In this document: positions 19,101 to 28,480 of the stretch, piece after piece
Layout: the number at the start of each line of letters is the position of its first letter
How positions within the stretch are numbered: position 1 is the first letter of the stretch
Assembly: GCA_022450585.1 (NCBI GenBank)
Contig: JAKUPR010000005.1
Coordinates: 2,141 to 66,140, forward strand
Direction: 5' to 3'
Source of the DNA: Anaerolineales bacterium
GTDB lineage: Bacteria > Chloroflexota > Anaerolineae > Anaerolineales > UBA11657
Length of the DNA: 64,000 bases
Notes under the pieces: generated by a model
The model's input: the letters and a program-made list of their open reading frames with translations, nothing else
Told to the model about the DNA's origin: nothing
Database searches by the model: none
Translations under genes and position numbers: made by a program

Positions 19101-19214
19101 TATTGCAGCTACCAACAACAATCCCACAAACCATTGCCTTAAGCTACGCAAACCGCTGCGGTTCCTGCGTCGGCGCGCGCGCCGCTCACGAATCAAATGG
19201 ATGGCGTTCGGCAT
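16155..19214 (-). CDS. Bifunctional class A penicillin-binding protein (PBP1A family) with C-terminal Ig-like domains
   Basis: GT51 motifs EDQTFYQNPGYD and GGSTITQQL are present. Transpeptidase motifs SAFKPF (SxxK), SLN and KTGTT are present. The protein has an N-terminal TM anchor and is 1019 aa. Confidence 0.9.
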   Translation of the reverse strand: MPNAIHLIRERRARRRRNRSGLRSLRQWFVGLLLVAAIALLAITTVGAMFGLEMYSELVSDLPSAEYLGQAFEFSNNQFFQTTRIYDRSGQHLLYEVIDPRAGDRQWLALEQIPVRFQNATISIEDQTFYQNPGYDVMGILRAFGSNLSRPECVFRPEKCPGHIQGGSTITQQLIKNVIIAPSSAAETSYVRKLRESLIAREATERYSKERILEWYLNTNFYGHLAYGVDAAARVYFAKSAAELNLAESALLAAIPQSPGLNPIDAPEESRHRQALVLEAMVEQGYVTAVDAVMALEDDVFSRLQPASSRFNIVAPHFVFYVLNQAFDQLGAAMVHRGGLRIVTTLDARLQDQVECAARSHVNRLGGSDPDYVDFDSDGNSCASAAHLPPLRVKDVGVDRNVSNVAAVVLDPRTGEILSMLGSYDYWDKSIDGSFNVAVSGLRQPGSAFKPFTYLTAFSQGYTPSTMLLDVRTAFPIESGISYVPENYDRSFHGPVSVRTALSQSLNVPAVQVMTWVGVENVLRSAHSMGINTLDEDKGVYGPALTLGGGEVTLLDMTYAFGVFANSGVMAGQPVSDSQARSGYRDLDPVAILRIENNTGTVLSLCGPDGDASCEFSGPTTQPVLSMELAYLMNHVLSDERARIPAFGHPNPLEIGRPAAAKTGTTNDYVDSWTVGYTPQLVTGVWVGNSDSSGMVEVPGSKGAAPIWNAVMTYALRTLSLPPVGWDRPVGINEVSVCYPSGLMLTDDCQESVREVFVSGTEPVSHDNIWQSFDVNVETGRLATVYTPPELVQKQVYQVLPPEAADWIISANVPQPPQEYDTLYAQIDNAEAVVLTKPIPFSYVNGVVPVEGAAHGEDFQYYRLQFGKGLNPDQWSQLGDDRSEQVVEGVLDEWDTSGLAGLYTLQLLVVRGDQRFDMATVQVTVDNQAPDVRLISPWPGELFTMKDESIVIQPKVSDDFSVEYVEVWVDERKVETKTVAPFTTRWTIDRVGTHSIYLRAVDAAGNVTHSDVVNIVVQS

Positions 19215-19254
19215 AGTCCAAAGTGTAATATTGAAATTTCAGAATCAGCCACAA

Positions 19255-20031
19255 TCATCGTAAATCCTTGTGAGGCGCAACTTTTTCCACTACCATAAAG
19301 TGAGAAAGACCAAGCCAACGAAGCGGAGTGTGCTCAAGAGATTGAAGAAAACTTCGCAACCAATACCCAGCTGTACCCCAACGCGCTACAACATTATCAT
19401 AACCACCATAAATCACCGTGTGAGATAGTATTCGAACATTCGCACCACCGAACAAATCATACAAATCACGTCGCAAGTATGCACGAACATGTGGTGCCAA
19501 ACGCTCGCGTAAACGAGAGGGAACATAATTAAGTAACGGTATGTTCCCAAAATAATAACGATTGCGCCAGTACATCCCATGAGTCTCAAATGGATAATAG
19601 CGGTTCGGAGCGAAGATTATGGCCCGTCCCCCTGGCTTACCCCGACTTTTTTCTGGGGCAGCAAGAACTCGCACAATCTCACGTGCTGCCGCAGCATCAT
19701 TGTTAACGTGTTCCAGAACCTCGTGAGAAATTACCCTATCAAAGCTACCATCTGCATATGGCAAACGCTCGCAGGATCCACAGGCCAGTGTATCAGGAGC
19801 AACCAACGAGTTGAGAAGGCGACTGAACTCTATGTCTAGACCGTATACATTAACACAATGCTTACGCAATTTTTGGATATACAAACCTAAACCACATCCA
19901 TCTATGAGAACTCGGTGCCCCTGTTGCACATCACCAGCCAGCAGCATCATCTGCAAACGCCTTTCTTGACCGGCACGCCACAGATAAGAGGGCTCACCTC
20001 GCAAAGCCGCCTCCGGCGAATGCACCTTCAT
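19255..20031 (-). CDS. Class I SAM-dependent methyltransferase
   Basis: Motifs VLIDGCGLGLY and YADGSFDRVISHEVLEHV are present. I moved the start to the ATG at 20031, which forms an ATGA overlap with the ubiE/menG stop. The track ORF runs to 20112. Confidence 0.75.
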   Translation of the reverse strand: MKVHSPEAALRGEPSYLWRAGQERRLQMMLLAGDVQQGHRVLIDGCGLGLYIQKLRKHCVNVYGLDIEFSRLLNSLVAPDTLACGSCERLPYADGSFDRVISHEVLEHVNNDAAAAREIVRVLAAPEKSRGKPGGRAIIFAPNRYYPFETHGMYWRNRYYFGNIPLLNYVPSRLRERLAPHVRAYLRRDLYDLFGGANVRILSHTVIYGGYDNVVARWGTAGYWLRSFLQSLEHTPLRWLGLSHFMVVEKVAPHKDLR

Positions 20032-20729
20032 TTGACACCCCAGTGCAGAGCCACAGCACCAAACATCATACGCTGGAACACCACATCGCGAAAACCAGAT
20101 GCGCGAATGCATTTCGCTAGATTCTCAGCAGACAAGAAGTCGTCAGTAGACATGGACAAATAAGTATATGCAGCTTTGTCTCCGGAAATTAGCTGACCCA
20201 GAAAGGGTATCACATAGTGCAAATGGAATTGCACCGCAGGACGTAGCCAGCTAAATACAGCAGGAGTGGTCTCCAGACAAACAACTTTTCCACCCGGGCG
20301 CAAAACACGCTGTTGCTCTCTAAACACTTGTTCCAAATCAATCACATTACGCACGAGAAAAGCAGAGCTAACAACATCGAAAGTGCATTCAGGGAACGGC
20401 AAACACGTCGCATCTGTGGAAAGCCATAGCACTCTTGAACCACCTGATCGCAATCGCCCCACACGGAGCATGCCCTCCGAGAAATCCGCTCCTACAGATA
20501 AAATCCCAGTCTGGACACGTAGTGCCTCTAGCGGTATATCACCGGTACCAGTTCCAAGATCAAGCATTAAACCTGATGCTGGTAGATTGGCCTTCTCCAA
20601 GAGTCGACGCCGCCATAGAACATCTTGTCCAACTGTCATGAGACGGTTAGTCAAGTCATAGCGCTTAGATATCCGGTCAAACATCTCGCGCAGATACTCA
20701 GCCCGATCTTGACCACTAAGATGTGTCAT
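20028..20729 (-). CDS. ubiE: Demethylmenaquinone/ubiquinone C-methyltransferase (UbiE/MenG family)
   Basis: It has the family N-terminal motif FDRISKRYDLTNRLMTVGQDVLWRR and the SAM motif LDLGTGTGD. Confidence 0.85.
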   Translation of the reverse strand: MTHLSGQDRAEYLREMFDRISKRYDLTNRLMTVGQDVLWRRRLLEKANLPASGLMLDLGTGTGDIPLEALRVQTGILSVGADFSEGMLRVGRLRSGGSRVLWLSTDATCLPFPECTFDVVSSAFLVRNVIDLEQVFREQQRVLRPGGKVVCLETTPAVFSWLRPAVQFHLHYVIPFLGQLISGDKAAYTYLSMSTDDFLSAENLAKCIRASGFRDVVFQRMMFGAVALHWGVK

Positions 20730-20734
20730 CAGAT

Positions 20735-22321
20735 TCAGGGCGACGGCCTTATAGCATTAATATCACCGGGAGCATCCCACGCCTCCAACCACACATCATC
20801 CTTGACCATCCAACCATCATATTCTCTCGAGGAAGATTTCACGATCCAACCATCAAGGTCTAGAGGAGCTCCAGGGTCATCGGCGGGAATCCATACACCA
20901 TTGTAGCGACGTGCAAAATGCAAATGGGTGGCGTTAGAGAAGCCACCTTCACATGACGGATGACCAATAATATCCCCAGTTTTGAGCACTCGTCCGCTTT
21001 CAACCCGTCCAGACGTGGCAATATGCATATAAAGAAGAGTCCATCCCGTTTGTTCTTGACCATCAGAGTCAAATTCCTGAACGACGGCCCCCTCAGCAGA
21101 ACGCACCACTGTTCCGTCAGCTGCAGCACGCACCCAGTTCGCAGCAGGCTGGCATCCTTTAGATATCGGAGCAAAATCAATAGCCGCCCAGGCACTACCA
21201 GAATCCCAACCACCGAGCGGGCCTCCAGTAAAATACCAAGTCTCTGATCTGTCCCATGGCCACACCAATCTCGGTTGTTCCAAATACGCCGGCAGTAGTG
21301 GCTCGTAGGCATACCCAAAAGCATTGCCGAACATGTCTGAATAAAGTCGGTCAAAGCCACCTGGGCTGACGATGGAGCGCCAATGTTCAGACGCATACGC
21401 CTGGCTGAAATAGAACTGCAATGCGACTGTCCCAGCGTTCAATCCCGGTGCAATACCTAGCTGAGTGCCATCTGCCAATTCAATAACCCTTAAAGACTCA
21501 TTACGCCATCCGTAAAAACCAGCGTTTAGTTTGTTGGCGACCCACGATAACTGCCGTAGCAATCCTTTGTATCCAGAATGAACGTAACCAAACGGATATG
21601 TCTCTGAGACCTCACCAGTCAATGATCCTAAAACCCACCCGGTGCGCTGCTCCAGCATTACAAGGAGTAGACGTGGATTGACCGAGTAGTTTTGCGACAC
21701 CCACTGTATTATCTCCTGTCCGCTACGAGTTGTCCCAAAGCGATCGGTCTCACGAAATTCAGAAAGATATCCACCCCACTTATCTATTGAATCGCCCAGG
21801 TTGAAACCTACCTGACCTGGACTATACACTAACTCGGAATCTGGGATAATCTTGTGGGAAGGAGCAACAGGAAGATAATATTCAGGGATGATTATATTCT
21901 GGCCGACACTGATTGTGTCTCTAGGAGCCAGTTCGTTAGCCTGCTGCAGAGCTTCCACCGAGACCTGATACACACTAGCAATGGCACTGATAGTATCACC
22001 ACGTTTCACCAAATGTATTTGCTGAACCGGTCGTGCCTGCGCTGGACGAGTTGCATCTGGAGTTGGAGTACCGGTCACAGCCACAGTGGCGTACACTATT
22101 TCTCGCTCTCCCCAAGGCATATAAGTACCAGGAAGTGTCTGCGATGACCTATCATTATTGCCAGCGACAGGCGTTACGTGTCCTTCCTTTAGAGAACCAT
22201 CTTGAACTGCCTGACGTACACATGCCAAGCTCACCACAAGCATCAGTGCGAACACAAGCACAGGAACAGACGGTTTGAAAATGATCTGGTGCTCTCCTGA
22301 GGGCAATCTCTTGGGAATCAT
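20735..22321 (-). CDS. LysM-domain M23 family metallopeptidase
   Basis: The LysM domain reads HLVKRGDTISAIASVYQVSVEALQQANEL. The C-terminal M23 HxH motif reads ATHLHFARR. There is an N-terminal TM or signal segment. Confidence 0.85.
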   Translation of the reverse strand: MIPKRLPSGEHQIIFKPSVPVLVFALMLVVSLACVRQAVQDGSLKEGHVTPVAGNNDRSSQTLPGTYMPWGEREIVYATVAVTGTPTPDATRPAQARPVQQIHLVKRGDTISAIASVYQVSVEALQQANELAPRDTISVGQNIIIPEYYLPVAPSHKIIPDSELVYSPGQVGFNLGDSIDKWGGYLSEFRETDRFGTTRSGQEIIQWVSQNYSVNPRLLLVMLEQRTGWVLGSLTGEVSETYPFGYVHSGYKGLLRQLSWVANKLNAGFYGWRNESLRVIELADGTQLGIAPGLNAGTVALQFYFSQAYASEHWRSIVSPGGFDRLYSDMFGNAFGYAYEPLLPAYLEQPRLVWPWDRSETWYFTGGPLGGWDSGSAWAAIDFAPISKGCQPAANWVRAAADGTVVRSAEGAVVQEFDSDGQEQTGWTLLYMHIATSGRVESGRVLKTGDIIGHPSCEGGFSNATHLHFARRYNGVWIPADDPGAPLDLDGWIVKSSSREYDGWMVKDDVWLEAWDAPGDINAIRPSP

Positions 22322-22451
22322 CTCGGCAAATTCTACAGCATTTTCAGGTGTATAATGCGCTTAAGCATACCCAATTTGCCTAGACGGCATGCTTCTATCT
22401 AGCTAGACCGTGTACATAGCTCACCCCAACCGGAAAATCACAAACTTATCA

Positions 22452-23603
22452 ATGGCAAAGTGGATAATCCACTGGGCAGGAATTGCTTTAGCTACACTCA
22501 CAGCATCAGCCTGCAATCCTAGAAACATAGAGCGGGCAGTCACGTTACGTCCACCTGCGGTGCAATACGTAACGCCTACTCTGACACCAACAGTAACACC
22601 AAGCAGTACCGTCACACCAACCGCTAGTAATACTTACACTCCCTCTCCAACTACCACTCACACTCCCACAAGTACCTTCACCTCTACATTTACACCAACC
22701 GCCACGTTCACTCCCACTCCTTTCCCCACCCGTGTGCCTGGAGCAACTTATACTCCAGTATCAATATATGGTTCTCTCAGTATGATTCCACAGGAACACT
22801 TCTGGATGCATCGTCCCATTCCATCAGAAAATCAGGATTTCATAGAGCCTACATACCGTTACGGATCGACGCAGGGTGGCACATTGCGACCGCATCATGG
22901 TGTCGACTTCGCCAACGACCGAGGCACCCCGGTTTTATCCACCAATGCTGGGATGGTGGTCTTCGCAGGTACCGATTCCACTACAAAACTAGGTCCAGAA
23001 CCCGGTTTCTACGGAAGAGCAGTTGTAGTGCAATTGCAACAAGCATTTTTACATCAGCCCGTTTATGTGCTTTATGGACATCTGGACAATATCACAGTTT
23101 CCGTTGGACAGAATCTGATACGGGGAGAACCACTGGGAACGGTAGGTGGGAGTGGCATTGCTAGAGGCGGAAGTCACCTTCACCTTGAAGTTCGTGTCGG
23201 TCACAACGATTACCGTGCGACACGCAATCCTGAGTTATGGCTACAACCATACCCAGGATGGGGTACACTTGCCGGAAGGGTAACTGACAGCCATGGAAAT
23301 TTAGTGCCGATGGCCGACATCACTATTCAGGCTAAGGAACTTAGTGAAGCAGCAAACAAACCATTTCGACGTTACCTGACAACCTATGTAACTGAAACTA
23401 TAAACCCGGATGAAATCCTCGGCGAGAACTTTACTGTATCCGATTTACCAGCTGGAAGATACAGAATCAGCGTGAACACCGGCAACAAGATACGGTCTCA
23501 AGAAATAGATATACTTCCTAGCAGATTGGCCTGGTTAGAATTTAGGGATGTGCCTCCTCTCACAACCGCAAATCCCACCATGATTGGAACGAGTGTACCG
23601 TAG
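22452..23603 (+). CDS. M23 family metallopeptidase lipoprotein with a Thr/Pro linker and a C-terminal carboxypeptidase-regulatory-like domain
   Basis: The lipobox signal is MAKWIIHWAGIALATLTASAC. M23 motifs HHGVDFAN and GSHLHLEVR are present, followed by GRVTDSHGNLVPMADITIQ. The track ORF starts at a GTG at 22410. Confidence 0.85.
   Translation: MAKWIIHWAGIALATLTASACNPRNIERAVTLRPPAVQYVTPTLTPTVTPSSTVTPTASNTYTPSPTTTHTPTSTFTSTFTPTATFTPTPFPTRVPGATYTPVSIYGSLSMIPQEHFWMHRPIPSENQDFIEPTYRYGSTQGGTLRPHHGVDFANDRGTPVLSTNAGMVVFAGTDSTTKLGPEPGFYGRAVVVQLQQAFLHQPVYVLYGHLDNITVSVGQNLIRGEPLGTVGGSGIARGGSHLHLEVRVGHNDYRATRNPELWLQPYPGWGTLAGRVTDSHGNLVPMADITIQAKELSEAANKPFRRYLTTYVTETINPDEILGENFTVSDLPAGRYRISVNTGNKIRSQEIDILPSRLAWLEFRDVPPLTTANPTMIGTSVP
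22572..22757 (+). repeat. Low-complexity Thr/Pro/Ser linker-coding region
   Basis: It translates to TPTLTPTVTPSSTVTPTASNTYTPSPTTTHTPTSTFTSTFTPTATFTPTP. The underlying DNA is ACN/CCN-rich and repetitive. Confidence 0.8.
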
Positions 23604-24700
23604 TGACTTTTTTCAAACGGATGTTTCCGTTCAGCTTAAACATCTATGCACTAACTATTGCTCTAACCATGAACGCCTGCCAAGGTTCGAAGGAATCCGC
23701 GAATCTTCCACTAACTCTGGCAAATGATCTAGTAACTATCACCAGTGCCACTCTGCCTCCTCCGCTTCCTCTTAGCGCGAGAACCACAACTACAACAACC
23801 GCGACATCTACGACCAACACGCCCACAAGCACACATACCAGCACGCCCACACCAACGATTACATTCACACCATCTCCAACCGCAACGCGAACACCTATAG
23901 TCCCCAAAGCAAATCCCGAGGCACTACCATTACCTAATCCGGATGTTATCATCGAAAAACATTTTCTTTTTAGAAGACCAGTAGGGCAAGAAGGAAATAA
24001 TTACCCATCATCAAAATACCGATACGGTATGACCTGGGACGGATTGCTTGCACCCCACCGTGGCGTTGACCTAGCGAATGAAACAGGTACTCCAATTGTG
24101 GCCATAGACCAGGGAACAGTATATTACGCCGGTGATGACAGCACACAGAACTTTGCTTTTATCAATAATTTTTATGGAAACATGATAATCTTGCATCTGA
24201 ATCAGCAATGGCAGGGGCATTCTCTCTTCGCTTTATACGCGCACCTCAGCAGTATAGATGTGGATATTGGTCAAACCGTCGACTCAGGCGAGAAAATCGG
24301 CGCCATAGGAGAATCTGGCGCGGCCATGGCTCCACATCTGCATCTTGAGATTCGCATAGACGAACCAGACAATTACTTAATGGTGCGAAACCCCGAACTA
24401 TGGTACGCGCCCTTTCCTAGCACCGGAGTTCTAGCAGGACGCATCTTAGATCACCATGGCCGCTTCATTCCGGGACAACTTGTGGTAATAAGATGCCCCG
24501 ACGGTGGACGCCGCTCAGTAGAGACTTACTGGAATCAACGCACTCATCCAGACGACATTATCAGTGAAAATTTCGTCTTCAGCGACATTCCGGAGATGGT
24601 GTGTCAGGTAGAGACTGAGATACAGGGTGTCTTACACAGTCAGAGTGTACAGATTATTGCTCAGGAAATAGCATTTGTGATATTGCGGCAATCAGGCTGA
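23603..24700 (+). CDS. M23 family metallopeptidase lipoprotein, paralog of the preceding gene
   Basis: The architecture matches the upstream gene: lipobox LTMNAC, a Thr-rich linker, HRGVDLAN, APHLHLEIR and GRILDHHGRFIPG. The GTG at 23603 overlaps the upstream stop. An ATG at 23621 is an alternative start. Confidence 0.85.
   Translation: MTFFKRMFPFSLNIYALTIALTMNACQGSKESANLPLTLANDLVTITSATLPPPLPLSARTTTTTTATSTTNTPTSTHTSTPTPTITFTPSPTATRTPIVPKANPEALPLPNPDVIIEKHFLFRRPVGQEGNNYPSSKYRYGMTWDGLLAPHRGVDLANETGTPIVAIDQGTVYYAGDDSTQNFAFINNFYGNMIILHLNQQWQGHSLFALYAHLSSIDVDIGQTVDSGEKIGAIGESGAAMAPHLHLEIRIDEPDNYLMVRNPELWYAPFPSTGVLAGRILDHHGRFIPGQLVVIRCPDGGRRSVETYWNQRTHPDDIISENFVFSDIPEMVCQVETEIQGVLHSQSVQIIAQEIAFVILRQSG
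23783..23896 (+). repeat. Low-complexity Thr/Pro linker-coding region
   Basis: It translates to TTTTTTATSTTNTPTSTHTSTPTPTITFTPSPTATRTP. Confidence 0.8.
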
Positions 24701-25689
24701 TGCAATACAGTCCAATTCCCACACTAAATCATGGCGACAAAATATCGCATATATCTGTGAAGAACTTCCTCCAACCAACAATACAACTAATGGTCAGACT
24801 TGTTCTTACTTTAACAATATACGGCTGCATACCCCAAGGGCTACCGGGGAATATGGACAAAGAGATGGCAGAGCCCACGCCAACACTTTTTGGTACAGCG
24901 GTGAAAACACCTACCATAGCTATGCAGACGTTAACTCCAGAGACCACATCGATACCCAACGTATGTGTCTTCCCTGTCGATCTAGATGAAAGCGGTATTT
25001 TTTCAGAGGCGGCCCTGTACCGCATTCATTGGAAAATCGGAGGTGATACTCTAATTTTGGATACACGTGGAGGTCCACTTACCTTACAAGCACCCGTAAA
25101 CATGGTGGCAGGGGAACGACAACTGATCATTGCTCATCAGGGCGAGATACCTGCAACACTGCAATTGCCCACCGCACTGGATTCGGGAGGGACGATGCTA
25201 TTTGACACCGGCAGCGGAGCAACTGAAATACGGGATTCGAACAATTTCGTACACAGCCAGATCATCCATGATCCGCGCGATGACATCGATGGAGTAAAAG
25301 CATCCCTAGACATTATTAGCGTAGAACGAAAGATAGCTGCAGGCGGTGGATTCGTCATAAGGCTGACGACAGCCACAGAAGACGACGGAAATTACCCTTG
25401 GGCATTTGAGAATATAGAGCTGCTGCTAGGCAAGGAACGCTATGCACGACGGATACTACAAAGCGGAAAAGTTATTAAACTTTTCTATGACGCCGAAGGT
25501 AATTACAGTGTATGGGAAGGTACCCTGATAAAACAGGCCAATACACTCACCTGGGCCATGGATGAAGGAGTAGGGCTGCCCTTCGGCGCGCGTAGCGCCA
25601 CTAGCGCTACGCGCGCCGATAGTACTGGGATTTTCCGTTCAGAGATCATGCAAGAACTTTGGCAAGCTGCGGTAAGTAGCTGTGGTTAA
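24700..25689 (+). CDS. Hypothetical lipoprotein coupled to the M23 pair
   Basis: A TGATG overlap links it to the upstream stop. A lipobox-like LTIYGC follows a hydrophobic segment. I recognise no family motif. Confidence 0.65.
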   Translation: MQYSPIPTLNHGDKISHISVKNFLQPTIQLMVRLVLTLTIYGCIPQGLPGNMDKEMAEPTPTLFGTAVKTPTIAMQTLTPETTSIPNVCVFPVDLDESGIFSEAALYRIHWKIGGDTLILDTRGGPLTLQAPVNMVAGERQLIIAHQGEIPATLQLPTALDSGGTMLFDTGSGATEIRDSNNFVHSQIIHDPRDDIDGVKASLDIISVERKIAAGGGFVIRLTTATEDDGNYPWAFENIELLLGKERYARRILQSGKVIKLFYDAEGNYSVWEGTLIKQANTLTWAMDEGVGLPFGARSATSATRADSTGIFRSEIMQELWQAAVSSCG

Positions 25690-25814
25690 AAGACTAACCA
25701 AACTGACTGTTCTTGGGGAAGAGAAGCATACCCAATGCTTGCGACAACACCATGCTTCCTATTACCACAAACCTAGATTACAATTACTTTGCCAATCATT
25801 ACAGAACATCCCAA

Positions 25815-26900
25815 ATGAGTATTATCACTAGCACCAACCGCAACTTCTTTTATCTCGTGGTTTTGTTGGCTTGTTTCTTTACCTACATGACCATACGCCC
25901 ATATCTTGCCTCTATCGTTCTGAGTCTACTAGCTGCGATTATGTACCGACCACTGTACGTGCGCTGCTTACGATGGTGTCGGGGACGAAAGGCAGCGGCC
26001 ATGCTGTTGACCATGATAGCCATGACCATAAGTCTTTTGGCCCCACTGGCTCTAGTGGCCAATGTCACGATAAGACAGGCACTACAATTCACATATGATC
26101 TCAGCAATCTGGTAGCCGGCGGAAGCGTCACATTACGTCAAGTAGTCATGCAGACCAACAATCTGTTAGAGTCTATACCACTGTTGGACTATGAAATCAC
26201 GGAAGCAGGCTTAATAAAAAGCGTACAACAAATTTCAGGACCAGTGAGTTCATACTTAGCTAACAGTGCGCTTGCAATTGGCAGCACTTCGATTCAATTA
26301 ATAACACAAGTGATAGTTTTCGTATCCGTGCTCATCACCGTATTACCTATCACGCCAAGAGTATTGCAAATCGCCAAAGATCTCAGTCCACTCGATGATG
26401 CACTCGACCACAGATATATTCAACGGATTACAGCAATGGCGCGCGCAATGGTACGAGGAGTATTCGTCATAGCACTAGCCCAAGGTGTGGCTGCTGGCAT
26501 ATTCCTAGCCATTGGAGGCGTACCTTATGTAGCTTTCTGGACTTTGCTTTGCATCGCGTTCGCATTCTTGCCACTTGGTGTGAACGTGATTACTGTGCCA
26601 GCCGGAATAGTTTTGATAGCTTTTGGCAGTGTGTGGCAAGGCCTGCTAGTAATAATAGGTGGGCTACTAGTAGTCAGCAACATCGACACGATTCTCCGGC
26701 CACTGCTCGTACCAAAAGAAGCCAACATTAATTCAGCTCTGGTGCTCATAGGTGCACTTGGGGGTCTCCACCTGTTTGGATTCCTTGGCGTGATATACGG
26801 ACCAGTAGTGATGATTTTTTTGGTAACTACTGTGGAAATATATCTGGAGCATTACCGCTACGGAGAAACTGAAGCCGCGACAGAAGTTCCAGTGAACTAG
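25815..26900 (+). CDS. AI-2E family transporter (PerM/UPF0118)
   Basis: It is a polytopic membrane protein with the family C-terminal pattern (VPYVAFWTLLCIAFAFLP...NIDTILRPLLV). I chose the start at ATG 25815, giving 361 aa. The track ORF starts at 25713. Confidence 0.8.
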   Translation: MSIITSTNRNFFYLVVLLACFFTYMTIRPYLASIVLSLLAAIMYRPLYVRCLRWCRGRKAAAMLLTMIAMTISLLAPLALVANVTIRQALQFTYDLSNLVAGGSVTLRQVVMQTNNLLESIPLLDYEITEAGLIKSVQQISGPVSSYLANSALAIGSTSIQLITQVIVFVSVLITVLPITPRVLQIAKDLSPLDDALDHRYIQRITAMARAMVRGVFVIALAQGVAAGIFLAIGGVPYVAFWTLLCIAFAFLPLGVNVITVPAGIVLIAFGSVWQGLLVIIGGLLVVSNIDTILRPLLVPKEANINSALVLIGALGGLHLFGFLGVIYGPVVMIFLVTTVEIYLEHYRYGETEAATEVPVN

Positions 26901-26975
26901 TGAAATCAGAGAGGATGCCGAATTCGATCATCATCACCTCGTTTTGATGGACAACTAATCTCGCACAGAGCCACG

Positions 26976-28406
26976 ATGACCAGCATAATATCAAGAAGAC
27001 GTGTTAACCAAGCACTAGCTAGCATACTGATGACAACAGCACTGTTGGCGACGCCACAGGCGCCAGCGCTCGCAGTGCAACAGGAAGAACATGTGGTGCA
27101 GCCGGGCGAAACACTCTCGGGAATCGCCGGCTTATACGGCACCAGTGTTGCGGCCCTGGCCGCTTCCAACGGGATTACAAATGCAGACATCATTTGGGTA
27201 GGACAGCCCATTAAGATTCCCGGCCGGGCAGCAACCAATTCAGTTGTTACCAGTCAATCACAAAATGCCGTCAACCTTAGAATTGCCGTAGATAACTTTC
27301 TGCAACAGCCATTCATTCAGCGTACAATTGGGGAGCGAGTCTATTACTCGTTCACCCCAGTGAAACCCGGGCAGCCTCGCCTATACTGGTTCCAATCCAT
27401 CAGAAACCACGGCCATGAAAATCTGTCCGCACTTGCCTACGCCAGCCTCGATCGATGTAAAGAAGCACAGGGAATGCTACATGCCTTTTACCACGCCCAG
27501 AACGCGGATGGGGGGTTCCCTTATATCGTTACTGCTGAGACCGGAGCGGGTATAACCACGAAGGAAAACATCACTCTACCGGTACTGGCTTGGCAGGCGC
27601 TACAGATTTACAATTACTGCGGTGACGCAAATTTTCTCCGTACATCACTAGATGCCGGTGCGCGCAACGATGATTGGTGGTGGCTGCACTCCGACCGACG
27701 CGACCATGGCAGTTGTCAGGGACTCTTCTTTTGGAAGGAGTTGTGGGAAACAGTGCGAGACGACGCCACACTGGCGACATGGACAGCCACAGGCGGCGCC
27801 GAGAATCAATGTGCAGTGGACCTAAACGCATACCTTGTAGCCAATGCCCGCGCACTGGCCACAATCGCCCGAGAACTGGGGGATAGCCGCGCTGCACTAT
27901 TCGATAATCGCGCAACTGAACTAAGTGAACTGATGAATAAGATGATGTGGAACGCGGAAGACAGCTTCTATTATGGAGTTGCACGCCGGGGTGGTCAGGT
28001 GCTCATACGCGACATCGGTGGATTGATGCCACTCTACGCGGGTGTGCCATCGTCCGATCAGGCCGCCGCACTGGTAACCCGACATATGCAAGCAGGAGGA
28101 GATTTCCACTCTGGCTTCGGACTTCCCTCTTTAGGTAAATCGGAGCCGGGTTATGGCAGCGCACTGCGTTGGCAAGGTGGAATGTGGCCTTCGCTAACGA
28201 TGATGATAGTCAAAGGTTTAGCAGATTATGGTTACTTAGAGACCGCGCAGCATATCACACGCCCGCTCGTGGAGAAAATCGGTGCTGGACCAGGACACTT
28301 CTGGGAATTTTACGATTCAGAAACCGGGTTGCCTAGCCATGATCAGAATTATATCTGGGCCGCCACTGTCCTGCCCATGGCTGAGTTTGCCGGATTGCAG
28401 CCCTAA
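26976..28406 (+). CDS. Secreted LysM-domain glycoside hydrolase, (alpha/alpha)6-barrel GH63/MGH1-like
   Basis: The signal peptide has SRRR (possibly Tat). The LysM domain reads HVVQPGETLSGIAGLYGTSVAALAASNGI. The C-terminal region has trehalase/GH63-like motifs (GGMWPSLTMMIVKGLADYGY). The family call is from memory and has not been searched. Confidence 0.55.
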   Translation: MTSIISRRRVNQALASILMTTALLATPQAPALAVQQEEHVVQPGETLSGIAGLYGTSVAALAASNGITNADIIWVGQPIKIPGRAATNSVVTSQSQNAVNLRIAVDNFLQQPFIQRTIGERVYYSFTPVKPGQPRLYWFQSIRNHGHENLSALAYASLDRCKEAQGMLHAFYHAQNADGGFPYIVTAETGAGITTKENITLPVLAWQALQIYNYCGDANFLRTSLDAGARNDDWWWLHSDRRDHGSCQGLFFWKELWETVRDDATLATWTATGGAENQCAVDLNAYLVANARALATIARELGDSRAALFDNRATELSELMNKMMWNAEDSFYYGVARRGGQVLIRDIGGLMPLYAGVPSSDQAAALVTRHMQAGGDFHSGFGLPSLGKSEPGYGSALRWQGGMWPSLTMMIVKGLADYGYLETAQHITRPLVEKIGAGPGHFWEFYDSETGLPSHDQNYIWAATVLPMAEFAGLQP

Positions 28407-28480
28407 TCTAAGGTATATCATTTTTGATTTAGTCTGCAGATATCACCAAGAATAACATTCAAGTATCAGTCTATCTTCAA

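Noticed and set aside
26906-27238. A 110-aa minus-strand ORF overlaps the start of the LysM glycosidase gene.
   Set aside because: It lies antisense to a clear signal peptide plus LysM domain. It has no motifs and a Cys/Ala-rich shadow composition.
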